This document shows, piece after piece, positions 37,037 through 47,723 of a stretch of 64,000 nucleotides of DNA. The translations under genes were made by a program, and so were the position numbers. Position 1 is the stretch's first letter. Every line of letters begins with the position of its first letter. The stretch comes from an uncultured virus (IMG/VR IMGVR_UViG_3300030110_001396) (Duplodnaviria; Heunggongvirae; Uroviricota; Caudoviricetes): IMG/VR virus record IMGVR_UViG_3300030110_001396, one strand, 5' to 3'. The notes under the pieces were generated by a model. The model worked only from the letters and a program-made list of their open reading frames with translations. It ran no database searches and was not told the DNA's origin.

Positions 37037-38350
37037 ATGGCAACTAGAGAAGAACAAGAATATTCAAGTCAAGCCCCCGCGGGTTATATAGGCGATTTTT
37101 TACAAACAGGTATTTTTCCTTACGCTCAACAATTTTTAAGAGATCAATTTAGTAATTTAGGAGAAGCTGATTCAAGTCCGTTTACTTATACAGGTCCACG
37201 GGTAGCTCAATTCGATCCTAGAGAAAGATATGCTATGAACTTGCAAGACGCGGCTATTGGTAGTTATAGACCGTATTTAGGCGAACAAGCAGGATTATTA
37301 AGTGAAGCCGCAGACGTTTCTAGAGCAGGAACAGTACGTGGTGCTGACGAAATATCTCAGGGTTTAATGTCTGGTAGAGATTTAACTTCTCAAGCGAATA
37401 TTACAGGTCGAGGAGCTACAAGGTCTTTTGACCCACGTGGTATAGGTAGTTTTTATAATCCTTTTGAAGACGCAGTTGTTCAACAAACACTTACAGATTT
37501 AGACCGACAAGGAGCACAACAAGATATGGCTCTTAGAGATAGAGCTGTATCTTCTGGAGCTTTCGGTGGGTCACGTGGTAGATTAGCTCAAGGTGAATTA
37601 GCTAGACAACAAGAACGTGGAGTAGCAGAAGCGATTGCGGGTATACGTTCAGGCGGTTATCAAGACTCAGCTAATAGAGCACAACAAGCGTTTGAAGCAC
37701 AACAAGGTAGACAAGCCCAATTCGCAGGATTACAAGGACAATTAGGTCAAGGAATGTTCGGTATGGGTTTACAAGGCGGTCAAGGATTAGCAGGGTTAGG
37801 CTCTCAGTTCTCACAAGGCTTTGGTCAACTTGGTCAACAATACGGTAGTATGGCTCCCGCATTACAAACATTACAACAAAACGATATTAACCAACAATTA
37901 GCATTAGGTGGGTTAGGTAGAGGTAGACAACAATCTCTCATGGATCTCGGTTATCAAAACTTCGTTGGTCAATACAACTTACCGATGCAAACATTACAAA
38001 ATGTTGGTTCTATTGTTTCAGCTCTTGGACCGTTGGCAGGTGGTTATGGTTATGCAGGTGGTTCAATGCCAACTAATTCAGCTTATTTCCCAAATACAGG
38101 AAATATTCCTAATCCGTATCTTCCTCCTGTAAATAACACTGCACCTCCTGGAACTTATCCTCCTCCTGGAACTACACCTCCTGGAACTACACCTCCTGGA
38201 ACTACACCTCCTGGAACTACACCTCCTGGAACTACACCTCCTGGTGGTGGTGGACCTTATGTTCCATTTGATCCATCAGCTCCTATTCAACAGTTTGCTG
38301 ATGGTGGAGGAATCGGTCTTCCAGGACTGTATAATAGGTATAGAAGATAA
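37037..38350 (+). CDS. Probable DNA-ejection (pilot) protein
   Basis: Q/G/A-rich helical; FYNPF...GAFGGSR motif; Pro-rich tail. Confidence 0.65.
   Translation: MATREEQEYSSQAPAGYIGDFLQTGIFPYAQQFLRDQFSNLGEADSSPFTYTGPRVAQFDPRERYAMNLQDAAIGSYRPYLGEQAGLLSEAADVSRAGTVRGADEISQGLMSGRDLTSQANITGRGATRSFDPRGIGSFYNPFEDAVVQQTLTDLDRQGAQQDMALRDRAVSSGAFGGSRGRLAQGELARQQERGVAEAIAGIRSGGYQDSANRAQQAFEAQQGRQAQFAGLQGQLGQGMFGMGLQGGQGLAGLGSQFSQGFGQLGQQYGSMAPALQTLQQNDINQQLALGGLGRGRQQSLMDLGYQNFVGQYNLPMQTLQNVGSIVSALGPLAGGYGYAGGSMPTNSAYFPNTGNIPNPYLPPVNNTAPPGTYPPPGTTPPGTTPPGTTPPGTTPPGTTPPGGGGPYVPFDPSAPIQQFADGGGIGLPGLYNRYRR
38162..38244 (+). repeat. Perfect 15-bp tandem repeat CCTCCTGGAACTACA x5 plus a partial unit (PPGTT)
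   Basis: Directly visible. Confidence 0.95.
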
Positions 38351-39993
38351 TGGCTTTACCATTTATAGGTCCCGCATCCCTTAATCCACAACAAGGCGGT
38401 GGAGGAGGGATAACAAGTATCAAATTAAACCCCGCTCAAGTCAGGTTTCCTACTTCTAGATATACTCCGCAAAGGAGACCATTAGAACCTACAAGCAAAG
38501 AAACATTCGCACCACTAGCACCTTTATTAATGGAAGGAATATTTAGTGCTTTTCAAAAACAACCCGAAAGATTAACTAACGAACAATATTTAGAAAGTAT
38601 CGGAGCTGATCCACAAGATCCAACTAAATTAGAACAAACACAATTAGACGCTTATAACCTTTACGGACCACGATCAGACCCCAATACTTTTGGTTTAGAC
38701 GAGGTAGCCAATATAGTAGCCGCTTCTCAAATGGGTCGAGGAGCTAAAGATTACGCTAATACTTATCTTAATTTAAGAAAAGCTAAAAGTGCATCCGATG
38801 CTAGAACTGATGCTGCACGGTCATCGTATATATCAACGCAAATGACGCCTAGAAATCAAAGTGTATTATTAATGGATAAAGATGCTGCTGCTGCAGGCAA
38901 TGCCGCTGATATGTATTATATGGGTCAGTTTGATCCTCAAGGTAGTTTTCAATATTTTAACGAAGAAACTCGTCAGTTTGAAGATGTTGCTAATTCAGGT
39001 AAAAATTTAGTTCAAGCTAAATCATTTTTAGAGGGCACAGGAGGCAATCCATTTACAGACAAAGCTAAAACAAAGGCTTTAGAAGAATATCAAGCTTTAG
39101 ATGGAACGTTACAAGCACAACAACAAGCTTTAACAGGAGTAACCGTTGCTATAAATGAAACAGTTGATGCTCTTGATGTTGCTATTGACGATCCTAAATA
39201 TAATCCTGTTTCTTTTGTTTCTAGTCTAACTAATATGGCTAACAGTGCTCTTAATAACTTTGATCAAGTAGGAAGTATGTTAGGTGGTGGAAATATTGAT
39301 AATTATTTTGCAGATGCTGCTGATGTAAATGCAGGAATAGGTGGAACTCGTACTAGAGAAGGTACGGGTGATAACGCTAAAGCCTTATACGAAGCTATAA
39401 AAAAGGGAGATGAAACACAAATACAAATTGAAATAAAAAGATTTGAAGAAGCTAATGCTGGATATTTAGAAACTTTAGGTATTAGAGATCTTTTTGAAGA
39501 AATTGGTTATCAAAATGTAAGAGCACAAGCTAATTTATTATCTTTAGCTTATCAAGCGGCAGCAGCAAACGGTCAAACAGGGCGAACTTTATCTGATAAA
39601 GATTTAGCTTTCCATTTACAAATGGTTGGTTTTGGTGCAACTCAAGACCCGCAAATATTAAAAGATAATTTATTAGCTTTCGGAGATCAATTAATTCAAA
39701 GAGCTGACGAACAAGCTATGAAAGGGTATGGACGTTTAATTAAAAGCGAAATATCTGAATATAAAGAAGATAAAGATTTTAGAAGATTCATGAAACGTTG
39801 GTATTCTGAAGATGATGATTTCGAAACTTATTTAGATTTCTACACTCGTAACCCAGACGTGCCTTCTATTGAAAAATTTAAAGGTTACGAAAGACGTAAA
39901 TCTAAAAAAGAACAAATAGACGAACAAAGAAGAAAAGATAAAACTTTCGAAAGTATTGATTTAACTGTACCGCCAGGATCTATTGTAAGCTAA
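38350..39993 (+). CDS. Probable internal virion/ejection protein
   Basis: 547 aa helical; GRTLSDKD motif; coupled within the cluster. Confidence 0.6.
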   Translation: MALPFIGPASLNPQQGGGGGITSIKLNPAQVRFPTSRYTPQRRPLEPTSKETFAPLAPLLMEGIFSAFQKQPERLTNEQYLESIGADPQDPTKLEQTQLDAYNLYGPRSDPNTFGLDEVANIVAASQMGRGAKDYANTYLNLRKAKSASDARTDAARSSYISTQMTPRNQSVLLMDKDAAAAGNAADMYYMGQFDPQGSFQYFNEETRQFEDVANSGKNLVQAKSFLEGTGGNPFTDKAKTKALEEYQALDGTLQAQQQALTGVTVAINETVDALDVAIDDPKYNPVSFVSSLTNMANSALNNFDQVGSMLGGGNIDNYFADAADVNAGIGGTRTREGTGDNAKALYEAIKKGDETQIQIEIKRFEEANAGYLETLGIRDLFEEIGYQNVRAQANLLSLAYQAAAANGQTGRTLSDKDLAFHLQMVGFGATQDPQILKDNLLAFGDQLIQRADEQAMKGYGRLIKSEISEYKEDKDFRRFMKRWYSEDDDFETYLDFYTRNPDVPSIEKFKGYERRKSKKEQIDEQRRKDKTFESIDLTVPPGSIVS

Positions 39994-42900
39994 TGGCAAC
40001 TGTAGAACCAACCTTAGATGAACTTTTAGCTAGAGGAGTAGAGTCAGTAAGTCAAACTCCTTTAGACAATAACCCTAATAAAACTTATGTTGATATTCTT
40101 CGTCCTGATGAATTAAAAGTCGCAGCTTTGAAAAGTATTCCGTATATACGTGATCGTTTTATTGAGGCTGAAGGGGCTGACGTTATTAATAAACAAATAA
40201 ATGATTTTAATCAATTTGTTGTTCCGAAAATTACTACATACGATAGAGCTCCTTTTGAATATGAAGACAGCGATTATTTTTCTGGATATGCTAGACAACT
40301 AGAGGATTATGAGAAAAATTTTGATACATATAAACAAAGAAGACAAATACAATACGTAAGAGGAAACTATCCTGAAAGCGTACAAGAACCACGACCACCT
40401 TTTAAACCTTTTGGTTTTGATGCATCTAAAGAAATAGCTGATCTAGGATGGAATCCGTTTAATGAATTAGATTTTCCTGGAATTAGAAACTTTAGAAATC
40501 AATTAGCTAGAGGAGCTCCGCCTAATCTTATGTTTTCTGATTTAAATTATGCTAAAGAAAATATGGATGGAGGAAGATTTGCTGAAAGTCTTCCTGGAGA
40601 ATTTATTCCCGCTGATCCTTCCAATCCTTCTAAAGGTTCGATTTATATAGAAGAAGGTAAAGAACCACAGATATTTGATTCACCAACTGTAAGACCGTTA
40701 GACGTTTTAGAATTTGCTCAACAAGAAGTCCCTACTATAGCAACTGAAGTAGCTTTTGGTTTAAAAGGTTTAAAACATTTTGATGCTTTTTTACGTAAAA
40801 GTGATATTGCTTTTTTAGAAGATAATCCTATAACTAGGAAATTTTTTGATAGTGTTTCTAGTAATGTCTTTTTAGCAGGAGGAGCAGCAGGAGCAAGATT
40901 TGTACAACGTTTAATTGGAGCTGCTAACGGAGCTCATAACCGTTCAGTGGAAGATATGATGGAAGAAACAGGTTGGACATTTTTATTAGCTTACGGTGGT
41001 AATCAAACAATCGATTTATTTTTAAACGGATTGCCAAAATTATATCGGGCTATTATGGGTAAAGATTTAGGAGCAGAACAAGTTAAAGCTATTAAAGAAG
41101 CTATCGAACGGAAACGAGCAAGTAAAAGCGGTGAAACAACTACAACAATTTCTGGTCGTCAAGAAGATGTTACATTACTAGATATTGATGAAGCTGTTGC
41201 ACAATTAAGTAAGGAGATAGGTGAAAAATTATCATATAAGCCTACATTAGCCGCAGCTTCGAAAGATAATGTTATTGCTGATATTGAAGCGATGTTATTA
41301 CAAGGAGCTAACAATCCCGCGTACAAGGAATTTTATGACGAAGCAATGAAAGGAAACGAAGAAGTTATACAAAAACTTTTTGGTAATCTTTTTGATAATT
41401 TAGACCCTAACGTTACAGGTCGAACAATTAGTAAAGAGTTATTAAATTTAATGGGTAGAAAGAAAAAAGATTTTATTAATAACTCAGAACAAAGTATACA
41501 AAATCTTATTTTACAAGTAGATAATATTAAAACAACAGGTAAAGAAACACCTATTTTTGAAAAAGTATTAGATAACAAAACGGCTAGTGATCTTTACCCA
41601 AAATTAACATCTCGTATAAACGAAATAAGTAGAACTTATAAAGATAATATAAACACCATAGTTGATGATGCTTTAATTAATTCAGGTATAGCTGATCTTG
41701 TATTTACTTCAAGACCTATTAGAAAACAAATATTAAATTTTAAAAACGCTGCTGAAGGTACAACAGGAACTTTAGCTAGTCCAGGAAAAGGTCAGATAAG
41801 AAAATTATATAAAGAAACTTTTAGTGAAGAAGCTATAGAAAGATTAACAAAATATAGCGAGGGTGATTTAACTTTACCTGAAATTAATCAATTAAGAATT
41901 GATATTAATAGTATACGCACAGGTATTGACCCCAGCAAAAGTGCAGGAGATTTAAGAGCATTTAATTTAACTAGCGATTTACAAACTTCTATCGAAAACC
42001 AAATGTATAAAACAATCCGTTCTAATTTACCTAAAAAAGAAGCACAAGACTTAATCGATTTATTTGATGCACAACGGATGGTCTATGACACTGCTAATAA
42101 ACAAGTTATAAAAGATATGGCTAAACAAGAGCCTGAGGGAGTTATTAATTATTTATTAAGCACAGGCAGTAAAAACAAACCGTTAATTAATACAAAAGCT
42201 AACGACTTTATGAACTTTTTAAAAGAAACAGGTAGTGTTCCAGAAATAAGAGCAATACAAAACGGTTTAATCAACCACATAAGAAAAAATTTCTTAGATC
42301 CTTCCGCAGGAACTCCAAACGTATTAGCTAAAAACTATAAAGAATTTATTGAACAAAACCAAGCAACACTAGAAACGGTATTTGGTAAAGAACTTTTTGA
42401 AAAAGGGTTTCCTAAAACAGGTAAAGCTTTTAACGAAACTATTATTGAACCGTTAGAAAAATTAAACAGAAAATATAGATTATTAGAACAAAAATACGGT
42501 GAGGGAGATCCATTTAATATTGTAAGTAAAATTTTAGACTCAAGCCCACAAGCAAAAATGTCTGGTGAGTTAATTGATGATTTAGATTTCTTAGATGATT
42601 TACTATCAATGGCAACCCCTGCAGAAAGAGAGATTTTAGAATCACAAATTAAAGACGCGTCTAAAAAATATCTTTTTACTAGAATGCAAACAGACGGTTT
42701 ATTTGACCCACGTAAATTAAATCAATTATTTAATGAGGGTTTTGCTCCCGCAGGTTATGTTGGAGATGATTTAAGTTTTAAAGGTGTTTATCGAAGATTA
42801 TTAGGTGATGAAACAGATTCATTCTTTAAAAATTTAGAAATAATACGGGATATGGCTACACGAGAATACACAGACCTTACTACAGGTTCTGCTGCAAGAG

Positions 42901-43283
42901 CTGCGGCTAAAGAAGATATAGTTGATACAGGAACTGAATACGCAAGAAGATTTTTTATTCCACCACTAACACAGTTTGGTAGACGAATGACAGCATTAGA
43001 TAATTTAATCGGTCAAAGAAATTTAAGATTTATGGGTAAAGTTTTATCTGATGAAAAATTATTTAAAGAATATACAGATTTAATAACAGGAAGAAAAACA
43101 TTAAATAATTTTATTAGAACATTAAATAGTTATGAAAGTATTTATTTAAACGATATTGCAAATACTTTAGAATATTATGATACAGAAGAAAAACGAGTTA
43201 AGTCAGATGATGAGGTTTCAAAAGTTCCAAACTTAAACCCATTAATGAACGAAGCTTTTTTACCCGTGTTTAGGAATTTATAA
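39993..43283 (+). CDS. Large internal virion/ejection protein
   Basis: 1096 aa, helical; position at the end of the structural operon as in podoviruses. Confidence 0.6.
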   Translation: MATVEPTLDELLARGVESVSQTPLDNNPNKTYVDILRPDELKVAALKSIPYIRDRFIEAEGADVINKQINDFNQFVVPKITTYDRAPFEYEDSDYFSGYARQLEDYEKNFDTYKQRRQIQYVRGNYPESVQEPRPPFKPFGFDASKEIADLGWNPFNELDFPGIRNFRNQLARGAPPNLMFSDLNYAKENMDGGRFAESLPGEFIPADPSNPSKGSIYIEEGKEPQIFDSPTVRPLDVLEFAQQEVPTIATEVAFGLKGLKHFDAFLRKSDIAFLEDNPITRKFFDSVSSNVFLAGGAAGARFVQRLIGAANGAHNRSVEDMMEETGWTFLLAYGGNQTIDLFLNGLPKLYRAIMGKDLGAEQVKAIKEAIERKRASKSGETTTTISGRQEDVTLLDIDEAVAQLSKEIGEKLSYKPTLAAASKDNVIADIEAMLLQGANNPAYKEFYDEAMKGNEEVIQKLFGNLFDNLDPNVTGRTISKELLNLMGRKKKDFINNSEQSIQNLILQVDNIKTTGKETPIFEKVLDNKTASDLYPKLTSRINEISRTYKDNINTIVDDALINSGIADLVFTSRPIRKQILNFKNAAEGTTGTLASPGKGQIRKLYKETFSEEAIERLTKYSEGDLTLPEINQLRIDINSIRTGIDPSKSAGDLRAFNLTSDLQTSIENQMYKTIRSNLPKKEAQDLIDLFDAQRMVYDTANKQVIKDMAKQEPEGVINYLLSTGSKNKPLINTKANDFMNFLKETGSVPEIRAIQNGLINHIRKNFLDPSAGTPNVLAKNYKEFIEQNQATLETVFGKELFEKGFPKTGKAFNETIIEPLEKLNRKYRLLEQKYGEGDPFNIVSKILDSSPQAKMSGELIDDLDFLDDLLSMATPAEREILESQIKDASKKYLFTRMQTDGLFDPRKLNQLFNEGFAPAGYVGDDLSFKGVYRRLLGDETDSFFKNLEIIRDMATREYTDLTTGSAARAAAKEDIVDTGTEYARRFFIPPLTQFGRRMTALDNLIGQRNLRFMGKVLSDEKLFKEYTDLITGRKTLNNFIRTLNSYESIYLNDIANTLEYYDTEEKRVKSDDEVSKVPNLNPLMNEAFLPVFRNL

Positions 43284-44353
43284 TGGCAGTAAATAGATTT
43301 AATAACAATATGTTCCAATTCGAAGATTTCGATATGTCAGGAATTATGAATCCTGAACTTGTTGATGTTATGGAAATGCGTAAAGAAGCGAACCTTGCTA
43401 GAGGTAACGCAACAGATCAATACGAAGCAGACGTTGCTGATTTTAAAGATACGTTGGCAACCGAAGCAGAACAAGGGATAGCTTCTTTACCTGACTCACC
43501 TAATAATACAAATGCTCAAAATTATTATGACCCCACTCTTTTTGGTTACGATATTAACTTACCCGATAATATAACTGCAGAAGATTTTCAATTCGAAGAT
43601 ATTGATATGACAGGAATGGTTCCTGATATGCCTATATATACAAATCCTTACGCAGAAGTGTTCGATTCTCCTGCACCTGCACCTGCACCTGCTCCTCTCC
43701 CAGATTTAGGTGTTGTTGATTATAATGATAATGTTTTTGAGCCAACACCCGCTCCTAATGAAGATCCGTATAACCAAGGAGATGATTTTGTTACTGACGA
43801 TGCTGTTTATAACCCTACTGATAGTGTAATAGATGTTGATATTCCTGTAGCAGATCCTCCTACAAATGATTATCAGATTGTCGATCCTGAAACAGGGGGT
43901 GATTTAGTTTTAGTTCCAGGAGATCCTAATAACCCTGTTATAGTTAGAGATCCTGAAACAGGTGAATTACCTCCAGGATATAATGATGACGGACCTGTTT
44001 ACCCTCCAGGAACAATACCACCAGAAGTTTATATACCACCGCCACCGCCACCAGCACCTGTTATAAACCCTTATACAAATAGAGAACTTAAAAACCCATA
44101 CACGCCTTTTGAACGACCTTTAGATAATGTTATGGCGGGGTATACTCAACCGATGGATCCAAGTTTATTTGGTAGTACTCCAGGATTTGAAGATAGTCCT
44201 CTCAGACAACAACCAACAGGGATGAAAGGCGGAGGTCGAGTACCTATGGGAAATAATAATATGTTAAATAGTGGGCTATCTAGGTTGCCCTTAAATCAAC
44301 AAAACGATACACTTACTCAAGTGTTCCAATCAGGCTTTAGACCACGGAGATAA
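43283..44353 (+). CDS. Acidic Pro-rich protein
   Basis: D/P-rich and low complexity; FQFED(F/I)DM(S/T)G appears twice. Confidence 0.7.
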   Translation: MAVNRFNNNMFQFEDFDMSGIMNPELVDVMEMRKEANLARGNATDQYEADVADFKDTLATEAEQGIASLPDSPNNTNAQNYYDPTLFGYDINLPDNITAEDFQFEDIDMTGMVPDMPIYTNPYAEVFDSPAPAPAPAPLPDLGVVDYNDNVFEPTPAPNEDPYNQGDDFVTDDAVYNPTDSVIDVDIPVADPPTNDYQIVDPETGGDLVLVPGDPNNPVIVRDPETGELPPGYNDDGPVYPPGTIPPEVYIPPPPPPAPVINPYTNRELKNPYTPFERPLDNVMAGYTQPMDPSLFGSTPGFEDSPLRQQPTGMKGGGRVPMGNNNMLNSGLSRLPLNQQNDTLTQVFQSGFRPRR

Positions 44354-44354
44354 A

Positions 44355-45077
44355 ATGGCAAATGGAATAGAAGATTTAATGAATATACGAACAACAGGCG
44401 GTACACAAAATGTTCCTCCTAGACCTCCTATGCAAGGTGGTTTAGCTTCTATGGGATCAGGACAACCAACAATGCCTCCTGTGGTAGAAGAACAAAGAGC
44501 TATGCCTCCGATGGGCGGACAAGGAATGCCTTCTGAACAACCACAAGAAATGTCTATTGAACAAGATGCAGCAATGTTAGCTGAAGCAACGATCGGTAGA
44601 ACAGGTGGTGATCCTCAAGCAGCAGTTGCTATTTTAGATACAGCTAAAGCTATGCTTATGCAAGGCGGTCAAGAAGAACCTATGATGATGTCAGATGGCG
44701 GTGCATTAAATCCAGGATTACAAGCATTACAAAAAACAAACCCTGAAGTCGTTGATAAAATATTAAAAAGAGAAATGGGTGGACCTTTATATGCTCAAGA
44801 TGGTATGCCTTTAACACAGTTCGGTAGACGAGCAACAACAGATACTGAAACGATGAAACAAATGATTATGAATAGTATTAGAGAAAATCCTATGTTAAAT
44901 AGTGAAGGTGCATATAATATTACAAGTCCTATGGGAACAAATGTAAGAACAGCTGTATCTCAGTTAAGTAATGATGTTTTGGGTAGGGATGTTTCTGATA
45001 ACCGTTCTGATGTTTCTAAAGATGAGTTAAGAGGAATTTACGGTAAGTCGCGTATTTTTAATATGCAGAAAAACTAA
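44355..45077 (+). CDS. Met/Gln/Pro-rich hypothetical (probable virion) protein
   Basis: NPGLQAL....PEVV motif; converges on the SNF2 gene. Confidence 0.7.
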   Translation: MANGIEDLMNIRTTGGTQNVPPRPPMQGGLASMGSGQPTMPPVVEEQRAMPPMGGQGMPSEQPQEMSIEQDAAMLAEATIGRTGGDPQAAVAILDTAKAMLMQGGQEEPMMMSDGGALNPGLQALQKTNPEVVDKILKREMGGPLYAQDGMPLTQFGRRATTDTETMKQMIMNSIRENPMLNSEGAYNITSPMGTNVRTAVSQLSNDVLGRDVSDNRSDVSKDELRGIYGKSRIFNMQKN

Positions 45078-46516
45078 TCAATCCAGTCTTTCCATTTTTC
45101 ATCACCCAGTACTTCTTGTGCTAGGTCAAGTTTGTTTCTAAGAGCTTTTACGATCTTTTCATCAACCGTACCTTTAGCAACTAAATCAATATAAGTAACT
45201 TTATTTGTTTGTCCTATACGGTGAGCCCTATCTTCAGATTGTAAACGTTTTTCTAAATCGTAATTATTAGAATAATAAATCACGGTACTTGCTTCGGTCA
45301 ACGTAATACCATAACCACCTGTTTGTACATTACTAATTAAATACGTAAGTGGTGAGTCAGGATCTTGAAATGATTTAATGATTTGTTGTCTATCTTCATC
45401 TAACGTTTCACCGTAGTAAGTTGCTACTGCTTCTGTACCCACGGTATCTTGTAATGTTTTTAAGATACGTTTGATATCGTATTGATAATTAGCCCAGATA
45501 ATAACTTTACCTTGAGTTTCTGCTAATACATCTAATAAACTATCTAAACGATTGTTTTTAATTTCTACTTCATCACCTTGATCATGTTTAACGAAACCAC
45601 AAACAACTTGGTGTAGCCTAAGAATTTGTGTTAGAACAGAAGTAACACTTACTAATTCACTAGATTCTAATTGTGCGATAGCATAATCTTTCAGCTGTTT
45701 ATAAACTTTCTTTTGTTCAGGCGTTAGTTCAACTTCTCTACGTTGGTATACTTTATCAGGTAAGTCTAAACATTCTTTCTTTAGCACTCTGTAAGAAAAC
45801 TCATTTACATTATCAGTTAGTTCTTCTAAGTTTTGATAACCGACCACCTGTCTAAAGGTTCGTTGTCCCATACTTCTATTAATAACTTTTGCATATCTGT
45901 TTTGAAATGAATAAAACGATGAGTAGCCTAGTAGCTGTGTAGATAAAAATGCACTTTGGCTATATAAATCTAACGGTGATTGCGTTACGGGAAAACCTGT
46001 AAGAATTCTACGATACTTTGTATTAAGAGCTAACTTTAATAAGTTCTTAGTTCGTTGTGCTTTAGGGTTCTTAATAGTCGTAGATTCATCGACCGCGATC
46101 AGTGTGTTGTGAGCGAGTATAAACTTCTCAACAAATGCTACACCTTTCTTCGTACTAAAAGCTTCTACATTAATAATTAATATTTTAAGTTCAGGCGAAA
46201 CTTCGAACAACTTCATTAGTTCTGTTTTTTGTTTTACTGTAGGTGCGGGATTCCATACTGCCACGTCTCGTTCTACGTGGTCAGGCATATGAGCAGGTAT
46301 TTCTTTTCCAGACCAGTTCCGATAGACTCCTTTGGGTGCTACGATGATAGCCGCGTTTATCCCACCTTTATCATATAGAAGTGCGATATTGTCTATAAGT
46401 ACTTTAGATTTACCTGTACCCATTTCCATAAAATAAGCATATTCACGCTTATTCCATGATCTTTTTAATGCCTCAAGCTGATGCTCATAAGGCTTGGTTT
46501 TAAACTTATACTGCAT
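45074..46516 (-). CDS. SNF2-family (SF2) helicase
   Basis: EMGTGKS, VDES, LTG.P, GYGITLT and QSEDRAHRIGQ; the only substantial minus-strand gene. Confidence 0.92.
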   Translation of the reverse strand: MQYKFKTKPYEHQLEALKRSWNKREYAYFMEMGTGKSKVLIDNIALLYDKGGINAAIIVAPKGVYRNWSGKEIPAHMPDHVERDVAVWNPAPTVKQKTELMKLFEVSPELKILIINVEAFSTKKGVAFVEKFILAHNTLIAVDESTTIKNPKAQRTKNLLKLALNTKYRRILTGFPVTQSPLDLYSQSAFLSTQLLGYSSFYSFQNRYAKVINRSMGQRTFRQVVGYQNLEELTDNVNEFSYRVLKKECLDLPDKVYQRREVELTPEQKKVYKQLKDYAIAQLESSELVSVTSVLTQILRLHQVVCGFVKHDQGDEVEIKNNRLDSLLDVLAETQGKVIIWANYQYDIKRILKTLQDTVGTEAVATYYGETLDEDRQQIIKSFQDPDSPLTYLISNVQTGGYGITLTEASTVIYYSNNYDLEKRLQSEDRAHRIGQTNKVTYIDLVAKGTVDEKIVKALRNKLDLAQEVLGDEKWKDWID

Positions 46517-46571
46517 ATTCTTTCTAATTTCTAGTTCCCATTATATATTACAATTTACTTATAAAAAGCCC

Positions 46572-46741
46572 CAAACTAAATAGTTTTCTCATGCCCTCTA
46601 ATAGAATTAGTAGTTTCTAATAGATTAAATCGTACAATCTAATAGACTGTAACACTCTTAAACACTGGTTTTGTTAGAAAATCTATTAGATTATTACCGA
46701 TATTAGTAGTTTTCGAAAAGTTTTTCCTATAAACTTTTTTA
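46572..46741 (-). repeat. Copy 2 (inverted) of the ~180-bp iteron-like element
   Basis: Reverse complement aligns with 3079-3257. Confidence 0.85.
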
Positions 46742-46767
46742 TTCTTAAAACTACTATATAACTAATA

Positions 46768-46798
46768 GCTTTACTTTGTCGGTATTGCTAGATATTAT
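46768..46798 (+). promoter_or_regulatory. sigma70-like promoter for the replication operon
   Basis: GCTTTACTTT; TTTACT-17-TATTAT. Confidence 0.65.
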
Positions 46799-46829
46799 TT
46801 AAGTTCTAGAAATAAGAAAGGAGAAAAAA

Positions 46830-47156
46830 GTGACAGTATATGTCGTACAGGAGATTCCAGGACGGAACATTGCCTCGGCTAGAAGCTATGGTGATTTTCA
46901 AGTTCTGTTACCTTCTAATACACAAATTATGTTAAGTGCTGCTCCCTCTGTTCGTAGGATGAAAAAACTCTTACAGGACTTCAAAGAAGGAGATTACTTA
47001 TTATTAATAGGCGATCCTGCCGCCATTGGCGTAGCGTGTTCTATCGCTGCATTTTATAACCGAGGTAGATATAGTATATTAAAGTGGGATCGACAGGAAA
47101 GTTTATATTATCCTGTTGATATCGATCTACACCAGAAAGGAGAAATAGATGAATAA
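46830..47156 (+). CDS. Hypothetical protein heading the replication operon
   Basis: GTG start with AGAAAGGAGAAA SD; DYLLLIGDP...LKWDRQ. Confidence 0.75.
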   Translation: MTVYVVQEIPGRNIASARSYGDFQVLLPSNTQIMLSAAPSVRRMKKLLQDFKEGDYLLLIGDPAAIGVACSIAAFYNRGRYSILKWDRQESLYYPVDIDLHQKGEIDE

Positions 47157-47721
47157 ACCAACTTTTGAGGACTTAGTCGGTACAGAATCCGTTGAAGAAT
47201 GGACGAATGAAGTATCTGACGGAGAACTTAATATTGTTTCTAACTTAGCCAAGAAACAACTTCAACTAGCTAGGCAAGTAGCTTCGCTAGAAGAAGATCT
47301 CAAAGCTAAGAAAGAAGAACTTCGTTTAACTTCGGAGCAAGAACTACCTGACGCGATGCAAGCAGCAGGTCTTAATCAAATAGTACTCAGTACTGGAGAA
47401 AAAATCTCTATAGGCGAGTTCTATAACGCTCATATATCGAAGGCAAACCAAGAAGTAGCATATCAGTGGTTAGTAGAAAACGGTCACGAGGGACTTATAA
47501 AGAACGAGGTTCTTTTAAAGTTCGGACGTGAGGAAAGCACAGTCGTAGACGAAACTGTTTCGGCTCTGCAATCTAGAGGTCTATCACCAGAAGTGCGACA
47601 GAGTGTTCATCCGAGTACATTAAAAGCTTTTGTAAAAGAGCAGTTTACTTCGGGTAACGATATACCAACCGAACCATTTGGTATCTATATAGGTACTAAA
47701 GCAACCATTAAAAAGGATTAA
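47149..47721 (+). CDS. Replication-associated hypothetical protein
   Basis: Coiled coil plus AYQWL...GLIK...VHPSTLKAFVKE. Confidence 0.7.
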   Translation: MNKPTFEDLVGTESVEEWTNEVSDGELNIVSNLAKKQLQLARQVASLEEDLKAKKEELRLTSEQELPDAMQAAGLNQIVLSTGEKISIGEFYNAHISKANQEVAYQWLVENGHEGLIKNEVLLKFGREESTVVDETVSALQSRGLSPEVRQSVHPSTLKAFVKEQFTSGNDIPTEPFGIYIGTKATIKKD

Positions 47722-47723
47722 TT

